The notes beneath the pieces were generated by a model, which did no database searches, was not told the DNA's origin, and worked only from the letters and a program-made list of their open reading frames with translations. Shown here piece by piece: positions 8,743 through 17,077 of a DNA stretch of 64,000 nucleotides (positions within the stretch are counted from its first letter, which is position 1; each line of letters opens with the position of its first letter). Source of the stretch: Gammaproteobacteria bacterium. Lineage in GTDB: Bacteria > Pseudomonadota > Gammaproteobacteria > Eutrophobiales > Eutrophobiaceae. Location of the stretch: positions 960,001-1,024,000 of the forward strand of contig OZ250183.1 of the NCBI GenBank assembly GCA_965238225.1, in the 5' to 3' direction. Both the position numbers and the translations under genes were made by a program.

Positions 8743-10101
8743 TTGGTATTCGTTGTGAACGTTAAGTTAAGTGTTAAAGAGAAAGTTGGTTTTAGCTTAG
8801 GCGATATGGCTGGCAATTTTGTTTATCAATCTGTTGTCCTTTTATTAGCGTACTATTATACCGAATTCTATGGTCTTGATGCTGCCGTTGTTGCGAGTAT
8901 ATTTTTGTTTGTTCGGATATTTGATGCAGTGACAGACCCTGTAATGGGGATCATAGTTGACAGAACCAATTCTCGGTGGGGTAAGTATCGACCCTATTTA
9001 TTATTCTTGTGTGTCCCATATGCCGTGATGTCCATTTTGGTCTTCACGGTTCCTGATTTCGAGGTTCAAGGCAAGATTATATATGCTTATGTCACCTATA
9101 GCATGTTAATGGTTCTGTTCACTGCTACAAACATTCCCTATTTTGCGCTAGGAAGTGTGATGACCGCAGATCCTGCGGAACGTATCTCTCTAAACTCATA
9201 TCGTTTTGTGGCAGCGACTGGCGGAGGTCTTGTTGTCACGGCATTACTGATTCCAATGGCAGATTATCTGGGGCAGGGGAATAAGGCGATGGGTTATCAG
9301 TTGGCAATGATGGTTATGGCAGTTATCTCTGTCGTGTTGTTCTTGATTTGTTTTAGCTCGACAAAGGAGCGGGTGAAACCGACTAATACTGGATATAGGA
9401 ATTTTAAGAATGATATAAAACAGGTTTTTCAAAACGATCAATGGAGATTATTAGGGTTAGCGGTTTTTGTCATGGTAACTGCACAAACGATAAAAGCCAC
9501 GATCAGTATTTATTACATAACTTATTATGTTGAAGATGCATCCAAGATGGTTTCCCTATTTCTTTCTCTATGGATGATTGGCGGTATGTTTGGCAGTGCT
9601 TTGTCCAGCAAATTGACTCAGATAATATGTAAAAAACGATCTTGGGTTATGTTATGCGTGATCAGTGCAATTTTATCGTCTATGACATTTTTAATTGCAC
9701 CACAATATTTTATTGCTGTTCTGGTTATGCAATTTTTTGTGGGATTTTTCAACCAAATGATGGCACCATTAATATTTTCCACTATGGCGGAAGTGACTGA
9801 TTACGGTGAATTACAAAATAATCGTCGACTGGATGGGCTGATATCATCATTTACGCTATTTACTTTAAAAATGGGGCTAGCTGTAGGTGGTGCGATAGCT
9901 GTATATTTATTATCCGTTTATGGCTATCAGAGTGGAGGGGTTGAACAATCCTCAGAAACAATAAATGGTATGTTGATGATATTTACATTGATCCCAGCCG
10001 TTGGTTTTCTAATTACGGCCGGCATTATACAGGTTATGAAATTAGACAGTAAGACTGTGCAGGAAAACGCATCTTTATTACAGGCACTCAGGGTAGGTTG
10101 A
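8743..10101 (+). CDS. GPH-family (glycoside-pentoside-hexuronide:cation symporter) MFS transporter
   Basis: LSVKEKVGFSLGD, RIFDAVTDPVMGIIVDRTNSRWGKYRPY, about 12 hydrophobic segments; start may be GTG 8755. Confidence 0.92.
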   Translation: MVFVVNVKLSVKEKVGFSLGDMAGNFVYQSVVLLLAYYYTEFYGLDAAVVASIFLFVRIFDAVTDPVMGIIVDRTNSRWGKYRPYLLFLCVPYAVMSILVFTVPDFEVQGKIIYAYVTYSMLMVLFTATNIPYFALGSVMTADPAERISLNSYRFVAATGGGLVVTALLIPMADYLGQGNKAMGYQLAMMVMAVISVVLFLICFSSTKERVKPTNTGYRNFKNDIKQVFQNDQWRLLGLAVFVMVTAQTIKATISIYYITYYVEDASKMVSLFLSLWMIGGMFGSALSSKLTQIICKKRSWVMLCVISAILSSMTFLIAPQYFIAVLVMQFFVGFFNQMMAPLIFSTMAEVTDYGELQNNRRLDGLISSFTLFTLKMGLAVGGAIAVYLLSVYGYQSGGVEQSSETINGMLMIFTLIPAVGFLITAGIIQVMKLDSKTVQENASLLQALRVG

Positions 10102-10114
10102 CTATCTAGAATCC

Positions 10115-11263
10115 ATGAGACTCAGTGATTGTCATAATATCAACGATATGCGCAAATTCGCTAAGCAGCGGTTGCCAGCACCTGTATTTCATTACATAGA
10201 CGGTGCTGCTGATGACGAAGTGACCTATCGACGGAACACACAGGCGTTTGAAGACTGTGATTTAGTTCCCAACGTGTTAACAGGAGTAGAGAATATTGAT
10301 GTGTCAACTACTGTTATGGGACGCAAAATTGATATGCCTTTCTTTCTCTCGCCAACTGCGTTACAAAGACTTTTTCACCATGAAGGTGAACGTGCAGTAG
10401 GGCGCGCCGCTGAGAAATTTAATATTTACTTCGGCCTATCATCACTTGGGACGGTCAGCATAGAAGAAATTGGCAGCCTGATTAAAACGCCTAAATTTTT
10501 CCAACTCTATGCGCATAAAGATAAGGGTCTGACAGAAAATATGATCGAACGCTGTAAGGATGCAAAATTTGATGCTTTAGTCTTAACTGTTGATACGATT
10601 GTCAGTGGTAATCGTGAGCGAGATTTATATACCGGGTTTACAAGCCCGGTTAAGTTAACATTGGGCAGTTTATTCAGTTTTGCGACTCACCCAAATTGGA
10701 CTTTGAATTATTTTTTACGTGATAAATTTGAGTTGTCTCAAATAAAAGACTACCTTGATGAAGGAACCAGCATACCACTGTCAATTGCAGAGTATCTTAA
10801 TACGATGCTTGATCAATCAATAGACTGGAAAGCGGCTGAAGAGATCAATAAAAATTGGGGAGGCCATTTTTGTATCAAAGGTATTATGTCGGCAGAAGAC
10901 GCTAAACACGCAGTAGACATAGGGGCAACGGCAATTATGGTGTCTAACCACGGAGGCAGACAACTTGATGGCTCAAGGACTCCGTTTGAACAACTTGCCG
11001 AAGTCGTCGATGCGGTCGGAGATAAAGTTGATGTTATCTGCGACGGAGGCATCCGAAGAGGCACGCATGTACTTAAAGCACTATCAGTTGGTGCAAAAGC
11101 ATGTTCGGGCGGTAGAATGTATTTATATGCACTCTCTGCATTTGGTGAAGCTGGTGTTGATCGCCTGCTCAATCTCATGAAAAATGAGATTGAACGAGGC
11201 ATGAAATTGATGGGTTGTAAATCGGTAAATGAGTTAAGTCGTCATGCTCTACGGTTTCGATAA
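10115..11263 (+). CDS. lldD: FMN-dependent alpha-hydroxy-acid dehydrogenase (L-lactate dehydrogenase/glycolate oxidase family)
   Basis: FHYIDGAADDE, VSNHGGRQLDG, DGGIRRGTHVLKAL; substrate not certain. Confidence 0.85.
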   Translation: MRLSDCHNINDMRKFAKQRLPAPVFHYIDGAADDEVTYRRNTQAFEDCDLVPNVLTGVENIDVSTTVMGRKIDMPFFLSPTALQRLFHHEGERAVGRAAEKFNIYFGLSSLGTVSIEEIGSLIKTPKFFQLYAHKDKGLTENMIERCKDAKFDALVLTVDTIVSGNRERDLYTGFTSPVKLTLGSLFSFATHPNWTLNYFLRDKFELSQIKDYLDEGTSIPLSIAEYLNTMLDQSIDWKAAEEINKNWGGHFCIKGIMSAEDAKHAVDIGATAIMVSNHGGRQLDGSRTPFEQLAEVVDAVGDKVDVICDGGIRRGTHVLKALSVGAKACSGGRMYLYALSAFGEAGVDRLLNLMKNEIERGMKLMGCKSVNELSRHALRFR

Positions 11264-11477
11264 GTAGTATTTAGATGTCAATTTCACGCCTAGCACTGCA
11301 AGTTTATTTTATACCCGGCTACAGGGTTGATGGGCGGTTTTGCACAATCTGATTTACGGTATTAACTTAACGCTCTTTCTCCGCGCCAACGTTCATTAGT
11401 CTCTATTTTTTCAATGCCTATGCATTTATTGATAGGTATTAAGCAGACAATATTAATCAGGGGTTTATATTTTAATT

Positions 11478-12128
11478 TTAGTTATTATGTTTTTTTCTGT
11501 GTTTTTCTGCAATCAATTCATCCATTTCTTTTTTTCGTTGATTTATGATGGAGCTAAAGGTTAGGGCACTTTGAGGGATATGTTCAAAATATTCAGTTAA
11601 CTTATTGTATTGAATCTGCAATAGCTGAGTTGTTTTCAGAGTGCGGACGTAAGCAGTTCTTGCTTCACCTGAAAAATAGCCCATTTCCCCTATAGAATCA
11701 CCAGTGCCGACTTTTGCAATGAAAATTTCTTCTCCGTTATTATCCACATGGAAAACTTCGGCAAGCCCGTAGGCAATCACAAACAAAGAAGCATCTTTTT
11801 CTCCTTGAATGATAAAAGTTTCATTGGGCAGATAACTTACTTCCGTAAAATATTTGCTTAGCGTAGCAAGCTCCATGGGTGACGATTCCGAGAAGATGGG
11901 GCATGCCGCTAATCTATCAATGCGTTGTTTTCGCAGACTGTTGTCGAGTTCCTCTTGGGTTATTATGGACTCTTTCACAAGCAGCTCTCCAATGCGCAGG
12001 CTTTTTTTGTCACCCACAAATGAAGAATTCATTTGTTTTTCGACCACATTATTTATCGCGCCCTTGGATAATAGAAGATATTCTCCAAGTTTAAACTCGC
12101 CTGTTCTGTCTAGATCATTGTCTGCCAA
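11478..12128 (-). CDS. MshEN-like motif plus cyclic-nucleotide-binding domain protein
   Basis: RIGELLVKESIITQEELDNSLRKQ followed by a cNMP domain with GEMG...RTA phosphate-binding cassette; no HTH. Confidence 0.8.
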   Translation of the reverse strand: MADNDLDRTGEFKLGEYLLLSKGAINNVVEKQMNSSFVGDKKSLRIGELLVKESIITQEELDNSLRKQRIDRLAACPIFSESSPMELATLSKYFTEVSYLPNETFIIQGEKDASLFVIAYGLAEVFHVDNNGEEIFIAKVGTGDSIGEMGYFSGEARTAYVRTLKTTQLLQIQYNKLTEYFEHIPQSALTFSSIINQRKKEMDELIAEKHRKKHNN

Positions 12129-12406
12129 AGCATTTGTTCTCTAAAATAATTCATTTTTTCGTAAAATCAGACCTTTGTAAGGTTAAAGTTTAGGTGAAAT
12201 TTATCAGTCAATCAATATTTTTTTGAGGTAAATATCTCTCATTTTAAACTAACTCAGTCCGAACATAACTCCGAGTATAACCATTTTCATGCAGGAGTAT
12301 AGCTATTCTTATGCAATAGTATCGCAAGGAGGCTACATATTTGTCTCATATATAACTGAATTCATGTTAATTTTGACATTAAATTTGATGTCAAGGAGAC
12401 CGCACT

Positions 12407-13036
12407 ATGTTTAACTAGGTAAAAAATTAGAAATTCTGGCTGCTGGCGAGGCTTTGCCTAGACATCAAGAAAAAATGGTCGTGATAAATAAGCATTTTGT
12501 TAATAACACACCAATACAAAAACCATTTCCAGACGGTATGAAGATAGCCATATTTGGTTTAGGCTGTTTTTGGGGTGCTGAGAGGATATTCTGGCAAGTT
12601 GATAGTGTGTATTCAACAGCGGTGGGGTATTCCGGTGGGTTTCACAATCAACCCAATATATAAAGAGCTATGTACTGGAATGACAGGCCACAACGAAGTT
12701 GTACGTGTTATTTATGACCCAAGGAAAATAAACTATGAATCTTTGCTTAAGATTTTTTGGGAATCGCATGACCCAACGCAAGGTATGCGACAGAATAATG
12801 ATATCGGGACACAATATCGTTCAGCTATCTATACTTGTGAAGATAAAGATTTGATTATAGCAGAAAAATCAGCAACAGAATATCAACAAGCATTATTTGA
12901 AGCTGGTCATGGAAAAATAACCACGGAGATTTTGCCTGCTTCTGAATTTTATTATGCTGAAGATTATCATCAGCAATATCTTGCCAAAAATCCAACAGGG
13001 TACTGTGGTTTAGGTGGTTTAGGTATTTGCTACTGA
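12407..13036 (+). pseudogene. msrA: Peptide methionine sulfoxide reductase A with two frameshifts
   Basis: RBS AGGAG, then ATG TTT AAC TAG (one base missing; MFxLGKKLEIL expected). GCFWGAE motif present. +1 shift near 12637-12642 before [20 protein letters not shown]. Ends [12 protein letters not shown]. Confidence 0.85.
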
Positions 13037-13144
13037 ATCTTTTACCACGGTTCAACTAACCCTTAGTATTAATGCTAAATTATGCCTTTAAATTAAGATG
13101 AACTTCAAACCAGAGAACTAAAATTTTTAATAACGCATATAAAA

Positions 13145-13405
13145 ATGAAACCAAAAAACATTAGAATAATATTTTTTACATGCGTAGCGTTGATGTTAAG
13201 CGATGTAATGGCTCTTGAAATCACCATTGAACAAGGCGTGGAAAATCCAATCCCTGTTGCTATCGTCCCCTTTGCCTAGTCACAAGTAACAATGCCACCT
13301 GATGATCTGTCAGAAATAATTGCAGGGGATCTTAGGCGCAGCGCACGCTTTGAGATAGTGGACTTTAAAGACTTGCCACAATACCCAACTTTATTGGGTT
13401 CATAA
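13145..13405 (+). pseudogene. tolB: N-terminal fragment of TolB with internal stop
   Basis: Signal peptide + ALEITIEQGVENPIPVAIVPFA*SQVTMPPDDLSEIIAGDLRRSARF; TAG at 13277; beta-propeller half absent. Confidence 0.8.
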
Positions 13406-14111
13406 GAAACATGGCGCTTGTCTCTAAACTTTATTCTTTGAAACCTTGCTATTGTCAGGTTTTTTCGATGTCTTTGGATTCAATGATTTTTTCTGTGATA
13501 AGTTTTCTTGTCATGATGTATTGTAGACAAACGGGCATCATGCTGTCAGATGAGGTTCTTATATACTTTATTTTATTCATACATTAGTCTCGCGTTTTAT
13601 TTAATAAAAAATAATATAGATGAGCGATGGATAAAGCCTGAAAACAATAGATTTATCGTTAATCATTATAAAAACAGATGTTTGTGAAAACGTGCTGTCT
13701 TCACTATACTTGGGAACCTTTTTTGCATCCTGAACTAGCATATTGACTACTTTAAACCCCCTTATGGATTGGTTTTGTTAGTTTGTTTTGGTGTATTTGC
13801 AGATCATCAGAAAAAATAAATCAAGTAAAAATATTTAGATTTTTTATAGTTGATGGAAATATTTACATTAATTTTATTAAAAATATTTGCTTAATTTTAA
13901 TTGTGCAAACTATTAAAAAATATAATTATTTTGAATATTGTTATACAATGATATAATGACAAATGATTAGAATAGGCTTTATAATCAATAGGATATAGCC
14001 TAAATGAATGGTTTTGTGTCATAATCCCGCGACAAGGTTTTTAATGCTGAATGTAAGGCTGGCTTCTTAAATCTGCAAAAAACAGAAAATGTGATATTTG
14101 GAGTGATGCAA

Positions 14112-14567
14112 ATGAAGTATATCCTGATTATTGTCTTAGCCTTGATAATAGCTACAGTGGCATTTATTTTTATATGGTTTGATGACAGCGAGGATATTGT
14201 GGTGAGTGCGCCTGTTTTTAGGACTGAAACAGTGCAAGATGTAGCGAATGAAGATGAAATCTCTCAAGATAAATACTATGTAGAGATTAAGGTTGAATAT
14301 AAGAAACTGGAAAAGGCAAGAAAGAATCTGGGTAGAAGATTAGCGCGCATTAAGGGTGTTATGTGGAATATGGAATTACCTGCCAAAGAAACAGAGGAAA
14401 TAGTGCGCAAGATGAGGAAAGCTTATATGCTTTTGAAAACAAAAAAACTTCTTGGTGCATTTTCAGGTTTAGAAAGCATCAGTAATGAGGTGGCACGTAT
14501 AGAGTATGCGTATCAAGGTCTGGAAGGTGTGGTTGAAAGAATTAAAATTGCAAAATTAGCATCTTAA
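14112..14567 (+). CDS. Hypothetical protein with N-terminal membrane anchor and helical C-terminal region
   Basis: GGAG RBS 8 nt before ATG 14112; hydrophobic N-terminus. Confidence 0.7.
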   Translation: MKYILIIVLALIIATVAFIFIWFDDSEDIVVSAPVFRTETVQDVANEDEISQDKYYVEIKVEYKKLEKARKNLGRRLARIKGVMWNMELPAKETEEIVRKMRKAYMLLKTKKLLGAFSGLESISNEVARIEYAYQGLEGVVERIKIAKLAS

Positions 14568-14575
14568 ATTCAAAT

Positions 14576-15868
14576 CTATATTTTTACAGTCACGACATTC
14601 TCACCATTTTTATTTACGGACGTTGCCCTAGTTTTTTGTATTGTATTTGTGAGGATTTCGTCGGAATCAACATCAATCTGCGCACGCACAAAATTCGCAG
14701 TATAACCAAAATATCTGGTTAATTCTGTTTGTTCTATTTTCGAGCCTCTTTCCCACAGAATTTGCAGCGTTTTATTGATATGTTTTTGCAGGTAGGCTCT
14801 TTTCATTTTTGCCGTTAATTGATGAAGCTCAACGCTGCGCATTTTTTTTACATTTTTATCAACTTGATTAGGTAATCCAGCAGCTTTTGTGTCCTCGCGC
14901 TTAGAATAACTAAAGATATGTATGTGTGAGAATTCCACGGCACTGATATATTCTATACTTTCCCGCCATTCTTTTTCCGTTTCACCAGGAAATCCTACGA
15001 TTACATCGGTAGTGATATTAAAATCGGAAATCTCGCTTCGTGCGTACTCTATCAATCTTTTAAAGTCGTCCGTTTTGCAACGGCGAGACATTCTTTTTAA
15101 AACACTATCACTGCCACTTTGTAAGGGTAAATGCATATGTGGCATTAACCTTGGATTTGAAAATAATTCAAAGAATTTATCTGGTATGTCCCAAGGCTCA
15201 ATTGAAGCTAATCTGAGCCTTGGTAAGTCAGTCTCACTGAGTATTGCTCTAATTAACTCATAAAGATTACTATTGATATCATTACCATAGCCGCCGACGT
15301 GAACACCTGTGAGTACCGCTTCATGGACGCCTTGCATGGTTAAATTATTTATCTCAGAAACAATTTCTACAATTGCTCGGCTACGCTCATTGCCTCGCGC
15401 AATAGTCACTACACAATAGGTGCAACGGTGACGACAACCATCTTGTATTTTAATAAAGGCACGTTGGCGCCCACGTTCAAATAATGATGTCTTGCCAGGA
15501 ATCGTTGCGTCCGATGACATAGTCAGAAGACATAATTCTTGTGTGGTAATATCAACTAGATTTTCTTTGTCCTGATTTGAGATTACCAAATCAATCCCTT
15601 CAATTTCATTTGCAATTTCCTGATTCAGGCTACTGTAGCAGCCACTAACGACAAGCTTTGCAGTAGGATTATTTCGGTGTGTGCGTCGTATCAACTGTCT
15701 TGATTTACGCACCGCATCTTGGGTGACTGCACAGGTATTGATAATAACGACATCGGCTTGCTCTGATTTTTTTGTGATGGTATGGCCTTTAGAAATAAAA
15801 CCGCCAGCCCAGCTTTGCAGCTCGGCTTCGTTTAGTCTACAGCCCAGCGTGGTTAAATGTACTTGCAC
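14576..15868 (-). CDS. mtaB: tRNA t6A37 methylthiotransferase
   Basis: TLGCRLN, INTCAVT, radical SAM CRHRCTYC, GVHVGGYG. Confidence 0.9.
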   Translation of the reverse strand: MQVHLTTLGCRLNEAELQSWAGGFISKGHTITKKSEQADVVIINTCAVTQDAVRKSRQLIRRTHRNNPTAKLVVSGCYSSLNQEIANEIEGIDLVISNQDKENLVDITTQELCLLTMSSDATIPGKTSLFERGRQRAFIKIQDGCRHRCTYCVVTIARGNERSRAIVEIVSEINNLTMQGVHEAVLTGVHVGGYGNDINSNLYELIRAILSETDLPRLRLASIEPWDIPDKFFELFSNPRLMPHMHLPLQSGSDSVLKRMSRRCKTDDFKRLIEYARSEISDFNITTDVIVGFPGETEKEWRESIEYISAVEFSHIHIFSYSKREDTKAAGLPNQVDKNVKKMRSVELHQLTAKMKRAYLQKHINKTLQILWERGSKIEQTELTRYFGYTANFVRAQIDVDSDEILTNTIQKTRATSVNKNGENVVTVKI

Positions 15869-15871
15869 GAG

Positions 15872-16819
15872 TTATATTCCGTAAGTGTTTAAAGTAAAGA
15901 GATGTTTTTCAACGCATATCGGCAGCATGTCGAGATTATAACCACCTTCGAGCACAGAAATAATTCGTTTGTCTGAATATTGTTCGGCTTTTTCCATGAC
16001 TCGTTCTGTCATCCATGTATAAAAATCTGCGCTCAAATTCACTTGCCCAAGAGGATCGTCAATATGTGCATCAAAACCTGCAGAGATGATAATAGCTTCT
16101 GGTTTGAATGTATCTATCTTAGGCAGGATTTTATCTTTGAAGGCCAATTTGTAGTCATTATCATTTGCTCCTGCAGGCATGGGGCAATTAAGCGTTAAAC
16201 CTGCTCCTTTGCCTATACCTGTTTCGCTGTAGGCGCCTGTTCCTGGATAGAAAGGGTATTGATGCGTGCTGATATAAAGTACGGAAGGGTCTGACTCGAA
16301 GCTGTGTTGTGTGCCATTACCGTGATGCACGTCCCAATCAAGGATTAAGATTTTATCCAGTTGGTGTTGCTTCTGTAGATATTTAGCAAGGATGGCGACA
16401 TTATTAAAAAGACAAAAACCAAGCGCCCTGTCTTGTTCGGCATGGTGCCCAGGAGGTCTGATCAGCGCCAAACCGTTATTTATCTCTTTGCTGATAACTT
16501 TATTAGCTATTTCAAGCACGGCGCCTGCTGCCATAAGTGCAATCTCGTACGACCGCGCAGATACACTGACATCCATTGAATCAAGAAAATTATTACCAGC
16601 AAGACATGTTGCTTTTGCACGTTTTATATAATCAAAATTGTGAATTGATTCAATCCATTTTAGTTCAGCCGTTTTAGGCGCTAAATGTGTGAGTGAATTA
16701 AACCAGGGTTGTTGTTTTAGGTGCCGTACAGAAATATCCAAACGCTCGCTACACTCCGGATGCCCAAGGCTGGTTTTATGTTGAAGAAACACAGGATCGT
16801 AAAGTAAACCAGTGGTCAT
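15872..16819 (-). CDS. Histone deacetylase family protein
   Basis: RPPGHHA, GFCLFNN, DWDVHHGNGTQ, SAGFDAH, LEGGY. Confidence 0.93.
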   Translation of the reverse strand: MTTGLLYDPVFLQHKTSLGHPECSERLDISVRHLKQQPWFNSLTHLAPKTAELKWIESIHNFDYIKRAKATCLAGNNFLDSMDVSVSARSYEIALMAAGAVLEIANKVISKEINNGLALIRPPGHHAEQDRALGFCLFNNVAILAKYLQKQHQLDKILILDWDVHHGNGTQHSFESDPSVLYISTHQYPFYPGTGAYSETGIGKGAGLTLNCPMPAGANDNDYKLAFKDKILPKIDTFKPEAIIISAGFDAHIDDPLGQVNLSADFYTWMTERVMEKAEQYSDKRIISVLEGGYNLDMLPICVEKHLFTLNTYGI

Positions 16820-17077
16820 AAAATTTATACCAACCTTTTTTTTGAAAATTTAGCTCTTGGAGTCCAGACAGAAAATCAGAGTAAGACGTAACTCTCAGCG
16901 AATAACTGTTTCTCATTTTTCTGAGATTTACATTTGGCAAGTAGTTGGGATATGCATCCAATCACAAATTAGCTAAGTCTCTTGATTATGCTTTCTGTGT
17001 ATCCTACGGTTTTGTTGCATCACCACGCTATTAGTGTTGCAGGTATTTTATAAGTTTTTGTCATCTCTCAAAGTAAT

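Noticed and set aside
12630-12665. Programmed frameshift in msrA
   Set aside because: No convincing slippery heptamer, and a second lesion at codon 4 already breaks the gene
13277-13279. TAG in the tolB fragment as readthrough or recoding
   Set aside because: TAG serves as a normal stop in lpxD, dnaE and accA here, and the gene is truncated anyway
15872-16819. Histone deacetylase as a partner of the Lys-rich S2 tail
   Set aside because: Bacterial HDAC-family genes are widespread; 10 kb proximity is not evidence of a link
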